Shown in pieces: positions 30,154 through 40,093 of a DNA stretch of 64,000 nucleotides. The notes below the pieces were generated by a model that had not been told where the DNA came from, made no database searches, and saw only the letters and a program-made list of their open reading frames with translations. The DNA comes from Deltaproteobacteria bacterium (GTDB lineage: Bacteria > Myxococcota > Kuafuiibacteriia > Kuafuiibacteriales > Kuafuiibacteriaceae). The stretch spans positions 320,001 through 384,000 of the forward strand of contig JAVJQW010000011.1 in the NCBI GenBank assembly GCA_040218735.1, given 5' to 3'. The stretch's first letter is position 1. Each line of letters begins with the position of its first letter. The translations under genes were made by a program, and so were the position numbers.

Positions 30154-30365
30154 CAGTTACACCCGCACCCGCCGCCGGCCACGGTGCCGCCCGGCTTAGC
30201 GCCCTCCCGAACGTCGAGGCCGTGCGCGACGAACTCGCCGTTCACGAGGTTGCACTTGTCGTTGGGATCCATCGACGCGTGGGTGAGGGGGCCGCGCTGC
30301 CAGGCCTTCACCTCGGCGCAAGCGCCCAAGGCGCCCACCAACATCAACGCTCCGATCCAGCGCAT
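30153..30365 (-). CDS. DUF4266 small lipoprotein
   Basis: 70 aa; LGAC lipobox, VKAWQRG.L, REGA..G...GGGCGCN C-terminus. Confidence 0.88.
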   Translation of the reverse strand: MRWIGALMLVGALGACAEVKAWQRGPLTHASMDPNDKCNLVNGEFVAHGLDVREGAKPGGTVAGGGCGCN

Positions 30366-30493
30366 CGCGCGGGATGATGGACCGGCCGTTGTCCGAGACG
30401 CAAGGCGGACTTACGCCCGCTTGACCCCTCGGCGGTGCGCACGTTCAACTCGAACCACGATCGTCGACAACGACGTATCGATCCTCGTCGCCC

Positions 30494-32089
30494 ATGGTCA
30501 CGACCCCCGGACTCCTCCTGCTCCTCGTCGCCCAGGGCGCGCCCGACTCCGCGCGCGCGCTGCAGATCGATCTGACGCCGACCGGCGACCCGCAGATCGC
30601 GATCTGGCTGGAGTCGGCGGACGGGGACTTCGAGAAGACGATCATGGTGACCCGCCTCGTCGGCACCTTCGGGCTCGGCAACCGGCCCGGCCGCCCGGAC
30701 TTCGGCGGGAGCCTCCTGTTCCCCTACGGCCGCCGCGAGATGGCCCTCCCCGTCTGGGCCCACCGCCGCGGCGTGCAGTACGACCGCATGGTCTTCCAGG
30801 ACTGTAAGGAGAGCTGGCTCGGCTGGCACGAGGCGACGTCCTCGCCCGAGCCGTTCTACTGCCGGCCGATGACCCACTCGGAGATGAACGCGGACGCGAT
30901 CAGCTGCCCGACGACGCGCTTCAACACGGACAAGGGGATGCCGTTCCGCCTCGTCGACATGAGCAACGCGTACTGCCAGGAGCTGGTCGGCATGTCCGAC
31001 ACCTCGGTGTACCCGCCGCGCAACGACATCACGACCGAGGAGTCCCTCCGCGACTGGTCGGGGGTCCTCACGATGCGCGACATGAACGACCTCGACGCCG
31101 TCTCCCGCGCGACGCCCGCGTCCGACAAACCCATGCGCCTCACCTACGCGCTCCCGAACTCGCTGCCCGCGGGGGACTACGTAGTCTGGGTCGAGGTCAA
31201 CCAGGAGTACGACACCAACGCGGACCACGTTTACGACTACTTCGTGGATCCGGCGCTGCGCGACTACGGCATCCCGCACATCGGCCAGCCCTCCATCGTC
31301 TGGCAGATCCCGATCGCCGTCACCGGCACCGCCGCGGCGGCGAGCACCCTCGAGTACGCGGGGTATGGCGCGTACGACGGCCAGGACGGCGAGCTGAGGC
31401 CGCCGGACGGCTCGATCACCAGCGGCGTCGACGGCACCGGCGCGGGGCGCCTCCTCGTCGCGAGCAGCGCCGGTGAGGACTACCGAGTGAAGGTCGTCTA
31501 CCTCCCGAGCTCCGAGTGCACGGCGCCGCCGACGGTGAACGACTTCAGCGTCGAGCCGCTGGAGTGGAAGCAGGTCGAGGTGCAGTTCACGACGAACGAC
31601 GCCGCCGCGCGCTACGAGATTCGCTACCAGGCGGGCCGCGACAGCATCACGGACGACGACGACTTCGGCACCGCGGTGCCCGGGCCGGAGATCGACCCAA
31701 CCACGACGAAGCAGTTCCTCGCCGTGGACGCGCTGCAGGCGGACAGCCTCTACACGTTCGCGGTGCGCAGCTACAACCTGTGCGGCGAGCCGAGCCCCAT
31801 TCAGACCTTCGTGGTCCGCACGCCGGAGCGCATCTACGCGACGGTCGACGCCTGTTTCATCGCGACCGCAGCGTACGGCTCGAAGTACACGCGCGACGTG
31901 GTGACGTTCCGGAAGTTCCGCGACGAGGTGCTCCTCACGAACGGCCCGGGGCGGTGGTTCGTCGAGGCGTACTACGAGCTCAGCCCGACGCTCGCGGGTT
32001 GGATCCGTGATCACGACGCCGCGCGCATCGTGGTGCGTACGGGTCTCGCGCCGTTCGCCGCGGCGATTCGTTTCTGGGACGACCTTTGA
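30494..32089 (+). CDS. Secreted protein: DUF2271-like N-terminal domain, fibronectin-III domain, CFI-box-CTERM
   Basis: PQIAIWLE..DG.F.KTIMVT and DAVSRATP (DUF2271-like); FN3 pattern L.ADSLYTFAVRSYN; CFIATAAYGS...FRDEVL...GRWFVEAYYELSP. Confidence 0.75.
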   Translation: MVTTPGLLLLLVAQGAPDSARALQIDLTPTGDPQIAIWLESADGDFEKTIMVTRLVGTFGLGNRPGRPDFGGSLLFPYGRREMALPVWAHRRGVQYDRMVFQDCKESWLGWHEATSSPEPFYCRPMTHSEMNADAISCPTTRFNTDKGMPFRLVDMSNAYCQELVGMSDTSVYPPRNDITTEESLRDWSGVLTMRDMNDLDAVSRATPASDKPMRLTYALPNSLPAGDYVVWVEVNQEYDTNADHVYDYFVDPALRDYGIPHIGQPSIVWQIPIAVTGTAAAASTLEYAGYGAYDGQDGELRPPDGSITSGVDGTGAGRLLVASSAGEDYRVKVVYLPSSECTAPPTVNDFSVEPLEWKQVEVQFTTNDAAARYEIRYQAGRDSITDDDDFGTAVPGPEIDPTTTKQFLAVDALQADSLYTFAVRSYNLCGEPSPIQTFVVRTPERIYATVDACFIATAAYGSKYTRDVVTFRKFRDEVLLTNGPGRWFVEAYYELSPTLAGWIRDHDAARIVVRTGLAPFAAAIRFWDDL

Positions 32090-32146
32090 TTGACGCGCGA
32101 TGAAGCCGTCGACTACGGCTTTTCGCGAACGCGGGGCCGAGGTCGA

Positions 32147-33166
32147 GTGAAACGAACGATCGCGACAGCGACGGCGGTGCTCCTCCTGGCGGGCACGGCG
32201 CACGCGGAAGACGCCGTCCTCCTCACCGGCAACTATTACCTCGAGCGCAGCACGCGGGTGATCGCGCCGACGGTGTCGGTGTTCAAGGACGTCGGCGAGG
32301 GGCAGGCGCGGTTCACGTACCTCGTCGACCAGATCACAAGCGCGTCGGGTGCGTTCACGGTGACGGACGAGCCCTTCTCCGAGTACCGGCAGGACCTCTC
32401 GCTCAGCTACACCCACCCGTTCACGACGGCGATCGGCAAGCTGACGCCGGGGATCGGCGTGCGCTACAGCCACGAGAGCGACTACCGCTCTCACGCCGTC
32501 TCCCTGCAGTCGGCGCTGGAGCTGCCGAACCGCACCACGACGCTCCAGGCGCGCGCGGACTTCCGCTACGACATCATCGGGCAACGCGCCCGCGCCGGGT
32601 TCCGCGACACGCTCCACACGTTGTTCCTGTCGTTCCAGGCGACGCAGGTGCTGACGGGCCGGTGGATGGCCGGCACCGCGTTGGGCGCCGATGTCCTGCG
32701 CGGGTACCAGGAGAACGTCTACCGCGTCGAACAACACCCGCGAGAACGCGAGCGATACGCGCTGACGGCGTGGACGGCGTACCGGTTCCCGTCGAAGACG
32801 ACGGCGCGCGTCGAGTACACGTACGGCTTCGGGACTTGGAAGTTGAAAGGCCACACCATCGGCCTGACGGTCACGCAACAGATCCTGCCGTGGTTCGAGA
32901 TCCAACCGACGATCCGCTACCACACCCAGGGCGGCGTGTTCTTCGAAGAGCTCGTCGACAACTTCATCACCACCGACCCGAAGCTGCGCGAGCTCGAGAC
33001 CGCGCTCGTCGGCGGGCAGCTGATGTTCTACCTGAGGTTCCTGAACGACACGCCGCTCGACTTCATGGCGGGTGGGCGCATCCAGCCGGCGTACTACTTC
33101 TTCCACCAAACGAACCGCTACGGTGACGCGCACATCGCGCAGCTCACGCTGTACGCGCCGTTCTGA
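32147..33166 (+). CDS. DUF3570-like outer-membrane beta-barrel protein
   Basis: Signal peptide from GTG 32147; VDQITSAS, YSHESDYRS, PRERER; alternating beta strands, C-terminal Phe; context with apbE/DUF4266/TlpA. Confidence 0.8.
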   Translation: MKRTIATATAVLLLAGTAHAEDAVLLTGNYYLERSTRVIAPTVSVFKDVGEGQARFTYLVDQITSASGAFTVTDEPFSEYRQDLSLSYTHPFTTAIGKLTPGIGVRYSHESDYRSHAVSLQSALELPNRTTTLQARADFRYDIIGQRARAGFRDTLHTLFLSFQATQVLTGRWMAGTALGADVLRGYQENVYRVEQHPRERERYALTAWTAYRFPSKTTARVEYTYGFGTWKLKGHTIGLTVTQQILPWFEIQPTIRYHTQGGVFFEELVDNFITTDPKLRELETALVGGQLMFYLRFLNDTPLDFMAGGRIQPAYYFFHQTNRYGDAHIAQLTLYAPF

Positions 33167-33176
33167 AGCGGCGCCG

Positions 33177-34451
33177 ATGAGGGCCGTGCTCGCGCTCGCG
33201 GTGCTCGTCGCACCGAACGTCGCGTCCGCGACGGAGACTGCGACGGCCGCCCCCGACATCACCGCGGTCGACGTTGGCGTCACGCTCGGGCTGACCGCCA
33301 CCCTCGGTGCGCTGGTGACGTTGATGCGTCGCCCGCCGGAGCGCGGGTGGAAGGGTGACCTCCCGCTCGACCGCGTCTTCGTCGATAGCGTGACGCTCCG
33401 AAACAGCGAGACCCGCAACCAGCTCTCCCACGTGAGCGACTACCTGCAGAACGGGCTGATCCTCGCGCCGTTCGTCATGGACATCGGCGCCACCGCGCTG
33501 ATTGCGGAGCAGGACCTCGACCTCGCCGCGTCGATGTTCTTCATGGACCTCGAAGCAGTCGCCGTCGCGACCTTGTTCACGCTGGTGACGAAGCGGGCGA
33601 TCGGACGCGTCCGGCCGCTCGTCGATCCGTGCCCCGGCACGATCGATGACTTCTCGTGCCGCTCGCTCACCGGGCGCAGCGCGTTCGTGAGCGGTCACTC
33701 GGTCGCCTCCTTCGCGAGCGCGGGTCTCGTTTGCGCGCACCACGACTTCCTCGAGCTGTGGGGCGGAGGCGCGGCCGACGCCGCGGCCTGCGCGACCGCG
33801 ATCGGCCTCGCGGCGAGCACCGCGGCGCTTCGCGTGACCTCCGGCCGGCACTACATCAGCGACGTCATCGCCGGCGCGCTCGGTGGGCTCTTCGCCGGCT
33901 ACGCCGTGCCGTACCTCGCGCACTTCGCGACGCACGCACCCCGCGAGCGCATCCACGGAGCCATCGCGGTCCGCGCCGCCGCGGGTGCGATCACGAGCGG
34001 CGGCAACACCGCGCTCGCGGCGGGGATCGACGCCGCGTTCGAGCACCGCCACACGTTCGAAGCCGGCTTCACGGCGGCGCTCGGCACGAACGCCGCCGCG
34101 CTGCATGCGAGGGACGGCGGGTGGCTCCGTCGCGTCGCGCCGTACGCCGGCTTCGAGCTCGGCGGCCTCGGCGCGGGCGCGGTGCTCGACTACCGCGCAC
34201 GTCGCCTCGCGAGCGTCTCGGCCGAAGAGCTGCTCGTCGGCGCGCGCCTCTCGGCGGCCTGGCGTCGCCCCGAACACGGCGTCACCCTCGCGCTGACCTG
34301 GCTCCCGCTCGTCGACGGCGACGGGGACGACTTCACCGCGCGCGTCGACGTTGCGCTGAAGACGCACCTGTCGCTCGGTGCGGAGGTCGTGACGACGTTC
34401 GACGGTGATCACGCCGCGACGCTCGGGTTGGGGGGGCGGCTCCCGTGGTGA
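33177..34451 (+). CDS. PAP2-family phosphatase fused to a C-terminal beta-strand-rich domain
   Basis: KRAIGRVRP, FVSGHS, RVTSGRHYISD (PAP2 C1-C3 motifs); start ATG 33177. Confidence 0.8.
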   Translation: MRAVLALAVLVAPNVASATETATAAPDITAVDVGVTLGLTATLGALVTLMRRPPERGWKGDLPLDRVFVDSVTLRNSETRNQLSHVSDYLQNGLILAPFVMDIGATALIAEQDLDLAASMFFMDLEAVAVATLFTLVTKRAIGRVRPLVDPCPGTIDDFSCRSLTGRSAFVSGHSVASFASAGLVCAHHDFLELWGGGAADAAACATAIGLAASTAALRVTSGRHYISDVIAGALGGLFAGYAVPYLAHFATHAPRERIHGAIAVRAAAGAITSGGNTALAAGIDAAFEHRHTFEAGFTAALGTNAAALHARDGGWLRRVAPYAGFELGGLGAGAVLDYRARRLASVSAEELLVGARLSAAWRRPEHGVTLALTWLPLVDGDGDDFTARVDVALKTHLSLGAEVVTTFDGDHAATLGLGGRLPW

Positions 34452-36766
34452 CGCCGATGATCCTGCTCGCCGTCGCGACCTCGACGAGCGGCTTCGAACA
34501 CGTCGGGCTGATCGACGCGGACTTCGTCGCCGAGCGCTCCCTCGCGTTGCTGCCGGCGACGTTCTCGGTGTCCAGCACCTTCGAACAGATCGCGGGCCCC
34601 GCCGTCGTGCTCGTGGAGGAGAGCGGCGGGTTCTCCGACGTGGACCCCGAGAAGGTCGCGATCTACGGCGACTCTTGGACGTCGACGCGGTGGTTCGTCG
34701 ACGGCTTCGACGTCTCCGACCCGCTCTTCGACGGCGCGTCGGCGTTCCACGTCCCGGCGCTCGCGACGCGGCGCCTCACGCTGCGCTTCGAAGAGAACCC
34801 CCGCGTGCAGCGACGCCAAGGGGTGTCGTGGACGACCGGCGTCACGCGCGCCGCGAGCGCGCTGGTCACCACCGGCGACGCGGGCGGGAGGTTCCCCTTC
34901 GCCTACCCGATCATGGACGTGTTCTCCGGCCGCCACGCCCGCGAGCGCACGCCCCCGCCGACCGAGGAGCGCCGGCAGTACGGCCCGTCGTTCCGGCTGG
35001 AGCTCACGGAGGACGTCACGCTGGACGGCGGACACCTCGCGGTCGCCGCGCACGTGTCGCGACTGGAGCGTCGCTACCTCGACTTCGCGTGGGACGGCGC
35101 GCTGAACGGCATCGTCCCCGAGCAGGCGACCCGCGCCTCGGCGCTCGCGATCTATCGCCCCGACCATGGCCGCTACACCGTGCACGGCCTCGCGGAGATC
35201 GACGCGCGGGATCGGCTCTTCGCCGAGGTCGGTCACCAGCCGCGTGAGAGCTCGCGGCTCGATCGCTTCGCGACGATGCTCGGCGTCGCGTTCGACGGAG
35301 GCCACGTCGGCCTCACCATCGCGCGTTACGACGTGCGCGCGCAGGACCGCGACTTCGCGCGCGACATCGTCGACCCCGACGGGGAGGCGTTGTTCCCGTT
35401 CGAGCCCGACGGCACGACGACCGCCGCGCGGCTCGCGTTCGCGTACGAACGCGGCGCGTTCTACGCGTGGGGTGAAGAGCGCGCGTTGTTCTGGTCGCCG
35501 CACGTCGATGCGTGGTCACAGCCGCTCACGTTCCAGGGCGCGCCGTACGGTCGGTGGGACTTCTCGACACGCGACACGGCGCAGCTGATCGGCGACCACC
35601 GCCTCGGCGTGCGGGGCGCCGCGAACGACGGGCTCCTCACCGCGACCTACGATCTGTTCGTCGCGAACCAACACGCGGTGAACCGCTCCGGACGCAACGC
35701 GCTCGCGTTCGTGGACTTCGGCGTGAAGGCCTCGTTGTCCCTCGGCGGCCTAGGCGCCGTGCGCCCCTTCGCGACGATCGCCAAGACGCCGATGCCCATC
35801 ACCGTGCAGGTCGCGCGCGCGCTGGACCCGGCCTACCTCGCCGCGCGGCAGACGCTGAACGACGGCAGCACCGTCGAGGACGTCGGAGGGCGCTTCGTCT
35901 CGCTCGACGACCGCCTCTCGGGCCCGAACGTCTACCGAGCGGGACTCGGGCTCGACATCGGGATCTCGGAGCACTTCCGCTTCGGGGCGCAGGGGCTCTT
36001 CAAGCTGTTCCGCGGCTACTTTCGGCTGGACTACGACGGCGCCCCGGAGCGCTACGGAGACTTCGACGGCAACGTCTTCCACTCGAACGAACGCGAAAAG
36101 CGCTACCTGCTCACCAACCCGAACGACGACTACCCGGTGTACTTCGCGCTGCACCTCGACGCCTCCACGCGCGGCTACGAGCGCTTCTTCTTCTCCGCCG
36201 CGTTCGCCGCGTACAACGCGGTCGGCACGACCACGTTCGGGAACGGCCCGACCGCGAACGACGTCGGCGTGATCAGCGCGCTCGGCGCGAGCCCCAACGC
36301 GAGGCGCCTCGGCCTCGCCGCGCTCGACCTCGACCGTGCGTTCATCCTGGAGGTCGCCGCCGCATGGTCACCGATCGACGACCTGTGGCTCTCCGCGAGC
36401 GTTCGCCACCGCGACGGACAACCGTTCAGCTTCCTCGACGTCAACGAACGCGACGACGGGCGGGTCGCCCTCACCTACCACAGCAACCGGGGCTCGCCGT
36501 ACCAGTACCAGCGCCCGCTCGCCGGGCCGCGCGAGGACTTCCACCTCGGCGCCGACGTCCAGATCACCTACGCGATCGACGCCGGCGAAGAGTCGGTGGA
36601 GCTGTGGCTCCTCGCCGCGAACCTCTTCGACATGGACAACGAGATCCACGAGGTGAACGGCCCCGCCGGCATCGACGGCCGCGCCGCGCTGGAGACTCAG
36701 CTCCCGCGCTCGCTGCACTTCGGCGTCACCGTCCGACCTCAGGGCTCGGGCGGCGTGAGCCGGTGA
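34445..36766 (+). CDS. TonB-dependent receptor-like outer-membrane barrel
   Basis: Plug-like WFVDGFDVSDP; ANLFD and C-terminal PRSLHFGVTV motifs; ~770 aa amphipathic beta strands. Confidence 0.68.
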   Translation: MVTPMILLAVATSTSGFEHVGLIDADFVAERSLALLPATFSVSSTFEQIAGPAVVLVEESGGFSDVDPEKVAIYGDSWTSTRWFVDGFDVSDPLFDGASAFHVPALATRRLTLRFEENPRVQRRQGVSWTTGVTRAASALVTTGDAGGRFPFAYPIMDVFSGRHARERTPPPTEERRQYGPSFRLELTEDVTLDGGHLAVAAHVSRLERRYLDFAWDGALNGIVPEQATRASALAIYRPDHGRYTVHGLAEIDARDRLFAEVGHQPRESSRLDRFATMLGVAFDGGHVGLTIARYDVRAQDRDFARDIVDPDGEALFPFEPDGTTTAARLAFAYERGAFYAWGEERALFWSPHVDAWSQPLTFQGAPYGRWDFSTRDTAQLIGDHRLGVRGAANDGLLTATYDLFVANQHAVNRSGRNALAFVDFGVKASLSLGGLGAVRPFATIAKTPMPITVQVARALDPAYLAARQTLNDGSTVEDVGGRFVSLDDRLSGPNVYRAGLGLDIGISEHFRFGAQGLFKLFRGYFRLDYDGAPERYGDFDGNVFHSNEREKRYLLTNPNDDYPVYFALHLDASTRGYERFFFSAAFAAYNAVGTTTFGNGPTANDVGVISALGASPNARRLGLAALDLDRAFILEVAAAWSPIDDLWLSASVRHRDGQPFSFLDVNERDDGRVALTYHSNRGSPYQYQRPLAGPREDFHLGADVQITYAIDAGEESVELWLLAANLFDMDNEIHEVNGPAGIDGRAALETQLPRSLHFGVTVRPQGSGGVSR

Positions 36767-38811
36767 TAACGCCCGGCGAGGTGATCCTCGAGCCACACGT
36801 CGTAGCTCGCGTCGAAGCGTGACCCGTCGATGCCGCCGGGGAGCGTCGTGTACGCGCAGTCCTCGCCAAGGTCGGTGACGAACCGATACGCCGGCCCCAC
36901 CGCGATCGTCGCGCCGTCGATGTTCACGAGGTCGCCCTGCTGCACCGTCGCCATCGAGCCCTCCAGCGGGAACGGACCGCGGTCGAAGCCGAGCGCCTTC
37001 GGGAGCCCGCCGAGCACGAGGTTCTTCAGGTCCAGCCGCTGGACGTCCCCCCACCGCGCAGGGACGGCGTGTTGCACACCTTCGAGTCGCTCCGCGATCT
37101 GCGGGCCGACCGCGGACCACACGGCGTCGTCGGTCAGCGCGCGGTCGAGCGCGTTGGACCACCAGATGCGCGCCTCGGTCGTGTCGAGCTGCTGTTCGAA
37201 CCACGCGCCGCCGAGGCCGGACGCCAGGCCGCGGAGCGCGGCGCGGTACACGATCTCGAACGCGTGCGCACCCGTCGATCCCGCGCGATACTCGAGGTCC
37301 CACGCGGCGAGCGCCCGCGAAAGGTGGCCCTCGGGCAGCAACGCGAGCAGCCGCGGCCGTAGCCGTTCTGCCTGCCGCGAAAAGAGGTCACGCTGGATCC
37401 TCTGCATCGAGGCGAGGTCGTGTTCGTCGTGCACGGCGAGCAGCGCGCGGATGCGATCGCGGCGGTAGGTCGCGAGGCCGAACGTCGACAGCACACCGCC
37501 GTCGGGGGCGCGCCGCGCTTCGTTGGCGCTCACCACCATTCCATTCAGTGGAGGCGCACTCGGGAGCGCCGCGCCGGTGTAGAAGCCTTCCCAGTCGTGC
37601 TCGGGGTTCGTCGCCGGGTACAGGCCCGACCACCCGCCGGTGCGGCGCGGGATACAGCCGACCTGTTTGTAACGAACGCCACCGCTTCGGTCGGCGAGGA
37701 CGAAGTGCAGGCTCAGCGTGTGCGCCCCCTCCAACGCGCGCTCGGCGGCGGCCACCGAGTCCGCCTCCAGCAGCGCGAAGTACGCGTCGATGGCTTCCTC
37801 GGGGCGCTCGCACCCCGACCACCGCACGGCGCGGGTCGGCGTGTCCGGCGCGTCGAGGAGGCCGCGCGGGGTCTCGTGCAACTCGAGTTGCAACGGAGGG
37901 AGGCCCCGACGCTCGATCTCGGCGGTGCGCGTCTCGAACTCACCCGCCTCGACGAACGCGTCGACGTTGTCCGCCACCGCAAACGTTCCGCTCCACGCGA
38001 CGTTTCGGTTGCGGCCCACCGCGACGCTCGGGAGCCCGGGGATGGTCGCGCCGATCCAGTAGTCGTTCGGAAGACGGACGCCTATCTCGAAGAACAACGC
38101 GGGGAGCTGCCCGATCGCGAGGTGCGGATCCCCGGCGAGGATCGCGCGCCCCTCGCGGGTCTTCGACGGCGCCAACGCCCAGGCGTTGCTGCCCCCCGTC
38201 GCGCCGACTCCGGCGGAACGGGAACCGAGGTGAAGCGACCGCAACCGCTCCGGCGACCAGCCATCAAGGTGCGGATCGAACATACGCTCCAGCAACGGTA
38301 TCGATGCGCCGGCCTGCACCGCCTCCACGAGGAGCCGCTCCATCCGGTTCTGCCCCTCGGCGAGCCCGAGGTACGCCGACAGGAGCAGACCGGACATCAG
38401 CGTCTCCACGTCGGGCGGCGGGAAACGCGCGAGGAGGAGGCGGAGCTCGAACGGGAGCCCTCCTTGCTCGACCCCCTCCGCGAACCCGGCGAGGTACGCG
38501 CGCACCTTCTCGAGGCTCGGTCGCGAGATGCGCGCCGCCGCCTCCCGACCGCGCCGTATCAGATCGAGTCGGTGCGCGGTGGTGTCCAGGTGCAGCAGGG
38601 CCGGCGCGGGCGCGACCGTCTTCGCGAGCGCTCCGCGCCCCGCGGTGTACAGGAGCAGCGCCTGGAGCGGCCGGTGCCGACCGTGCAACACGCCCATCCC
38701 CCACAGCGCGTCCACCGACGACGCCGCGACGACCCCGGGGGATCCTCGATCGTCGCGAACGAGCCGAGCGCGCACGTCTCGCACCAGAACACGGGGCGAG
38801 CACGACCTCAA
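36739..38811 (-). CDS. Penicillin acylase family Ntn-hydrolase (peptidase S45)
   Basis: RDDRGSP, GGSNAWAL (N-terminal nucleophile Ser), AGDPHL, GRNRNVAWSGT, SANE; start uncertain (TTG 38811 or GTG 38784). Confidence 0.85.
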   Translation of the reverse strand: MRSCSPRVLVRDVRARLVRDDRGSPGVVAASSVDALWGMGVLHGRHRPLQALLLYTAGRGALAKTVAPAPALLHLDTTAHRLDLIRRGREAAARISRPSLEKVRAYLAGFAEGVEQGGLPFELRLLLARFPPPDVETLMSGLLLSAYLGLAEGQNRMERLLVEAVQAGASIPLLERMFDPHLDGWSPERLRSLHLGSRSAGVGATGGSNAWALAPSKTREGRAILAGDPHLAIGQLPALFFEIGVRLPNDYWIGATIPGLPSVAVGRNRNVAWSGTFAVADNVDAFVEAGEFETRTAEIERRGLPPLQLELHETPRGLLDAPDTPTRAVRWSGCERPEEAIDAYFALLEADSVAAAERALEGAHTLSLHFVLADRSGGVRYKQVGCIPRRTGGWSGLYPATNPEHDWEGFYTGAALPSAPPLNGMVVSANEARRAPDGGVLSTFGLATYRRDRIRALLAVHDEHDLASMQRIQRDLFSRQAERLRPRLLALLPEGHLSRALAAWDLEYRAGSTGAHAFEIVYRAALRGLASGLGGAWFEQQLDTTEARIWWSNALDRALTDDAVWSAVGPQIAERLEGVQHAVPARWGDVQRLDLKNLVLGGLPKALGFDRGPFPLEGSMATVQQGDLVNIDGATIAVGPAYRFVTDLGEDCAYTTLPGGIDGSRFDASYDVWLEDHLAGRYHRLTPPEP

Positions 38812-38842
38812 CGCCGGCGTCCACCTACCGATCTGTTGGGCG

Positions 38843-40093
38843 ATGTCTCGCGTGACGCGTAGGGGGTTCCTGGCGGGGGCTGCGTCCCTCGTGGCGGCGC
38901 CCACGGTGTGGGCGAAGAAGAAGTTCTCGCTCCGAGTCCTCGGGACCCACGTCACGTTGCAGGAGCCGCTCCGCGTCCAGGCGCAGAAGGACCTCGGAAT
39001 CGACCTGACGTTCGAACCCGGCGGGAGCGCGAGTGTCCTCCTGCGCGCGTCGACGCGGCCGGAGTCGTTCGACCTCTACGAGCAGTGGTCCAACAGCATC
39101 AACGTGCTGTGGGACGCGCGTTCCATTCAAGCGATCGACCGCCGACGCATCGAGTACTGGGACGACGTCAACGACCTCGCCAAGACCGGGCGACTCACGA
39201 GCAACGCGTCCTACGGACGAGGCGACGCACCCTACAAGATGCTCTACGTTCAACGCGACGGTCGGCTCGGGTCCGACGCTACGAACCGGTTGAGCTTCCT
39301 CCCGTACGTCCACAACGTGGACTCGTTCGGCTACGACACCTCGAAGATCGAACGCGGCGTCCCCTACAAGACGGAGAGCTGGGGCTGGCTCTTCGACGAA
39401 CGTCACCGCGGACGCGTCGCGCTGGTCAACGCACCGACGATCGGGTTGTTCGACGCGGTCCTCGCGGCCGAAGCCTCGGGCCGCATGAAGTTCGGTGACA
39501 TCGGCGCGGTCACGCGCGCCGAGCTCGACGAGCTCTTCGGACACCTCATCGACCTGGGCCGCGCCGGCCACTTCCGCGGCGTATGGAGCTCGGTCCCACA
39601 GTCCGTGGACTTCATGGCGCGCGACGAGGTCGTGGTCGAGAGCATGTTCTCGCCGGGCGTCGCAGCGCTCAACGGCCGCGGCATCCCGTGTGTCTACGCC
39701 GCGCCCAAGGAGGGCTACCGCGCGTGGCACGGGGTCATGTGTCTCTCCGCCGCCGCCCACGGACCGACGCGCGACGCCGCGTACGCGTATATGAACTGGT
39801 GGCTCTCCGGTTGGCCCGGCGCGTTCATCGCCCGGCAGGGCTACTACATCTCGACGCCGATGCGGTCGCGCCCGTTCCTCTCCAACGACGAGTGGGCCTA
39901 CTGGTACGGCGGCGAGCCCGCGCGCACGGGGCTCGCCAACACCAAGGGTGAGGTCGCCGTCCCTGTCGGCACGCGCCGCAACGGCGGTTCCTACGAACAG
40001 CGTTTCTCGAACATCGCGGTCTGGAACACCGTGATGGACACCTACGAGTACAGCCTCCAGCGCTGGGGCGAGTTCTTGATGGCGATGGAGTGA
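38843..40093 (+). CDS. Tat-exported extracellular solute-binding protein (PotD/PotF-like)
   Basis: MSRVTRRGFLAG twin-arginine signal; SWGWLFD..HRGRVAL, PKEGYRAW, AYAYMNWWLSG. Confidence 0.85.
   Translation: MSRVTRRGFLAGAASLVAAPTVWAKKKFSLRVLGTHVTLQEPLRVQAQKDLGIDLTFEPGGSASVLLRASTRPESFDLYEQWSNSINVLWDARSIQAIDRRRIEYWDDVNDLAKTGRLTSNASYGRGDAPYKMLYVQRDGRLGSDATNRLSFLPYVHNVDSFGYDTSKIERGVPYKTESWGWLFDERHRGRVALVNAPTIGLFDAVLAAEASGRMKFGDIGAVTRAELDELFGHLIDLGRAGHFRGVWSSVPQSVDFMARDEVVVESMFSPGVAALNGRGIPCVYAAPKEGYRAWHGVMCLSAAAHGPTRDAAYAYMNWWLSGWPGAFIARQGYYISTPMRSRPFLSNDEWAYWYGGEPARTGLANTKGEVAVPVGTRRNGGSYEQRFSNIAVWNTVMDTYEYSLQRWGEFLMAME

Noticed and set aside
30344-33418. 1024-aa minus-strand ORF
   Set aside because: Antisense to two well-supported plus-strand genes; no motifs; stop-poor high-GC artefact
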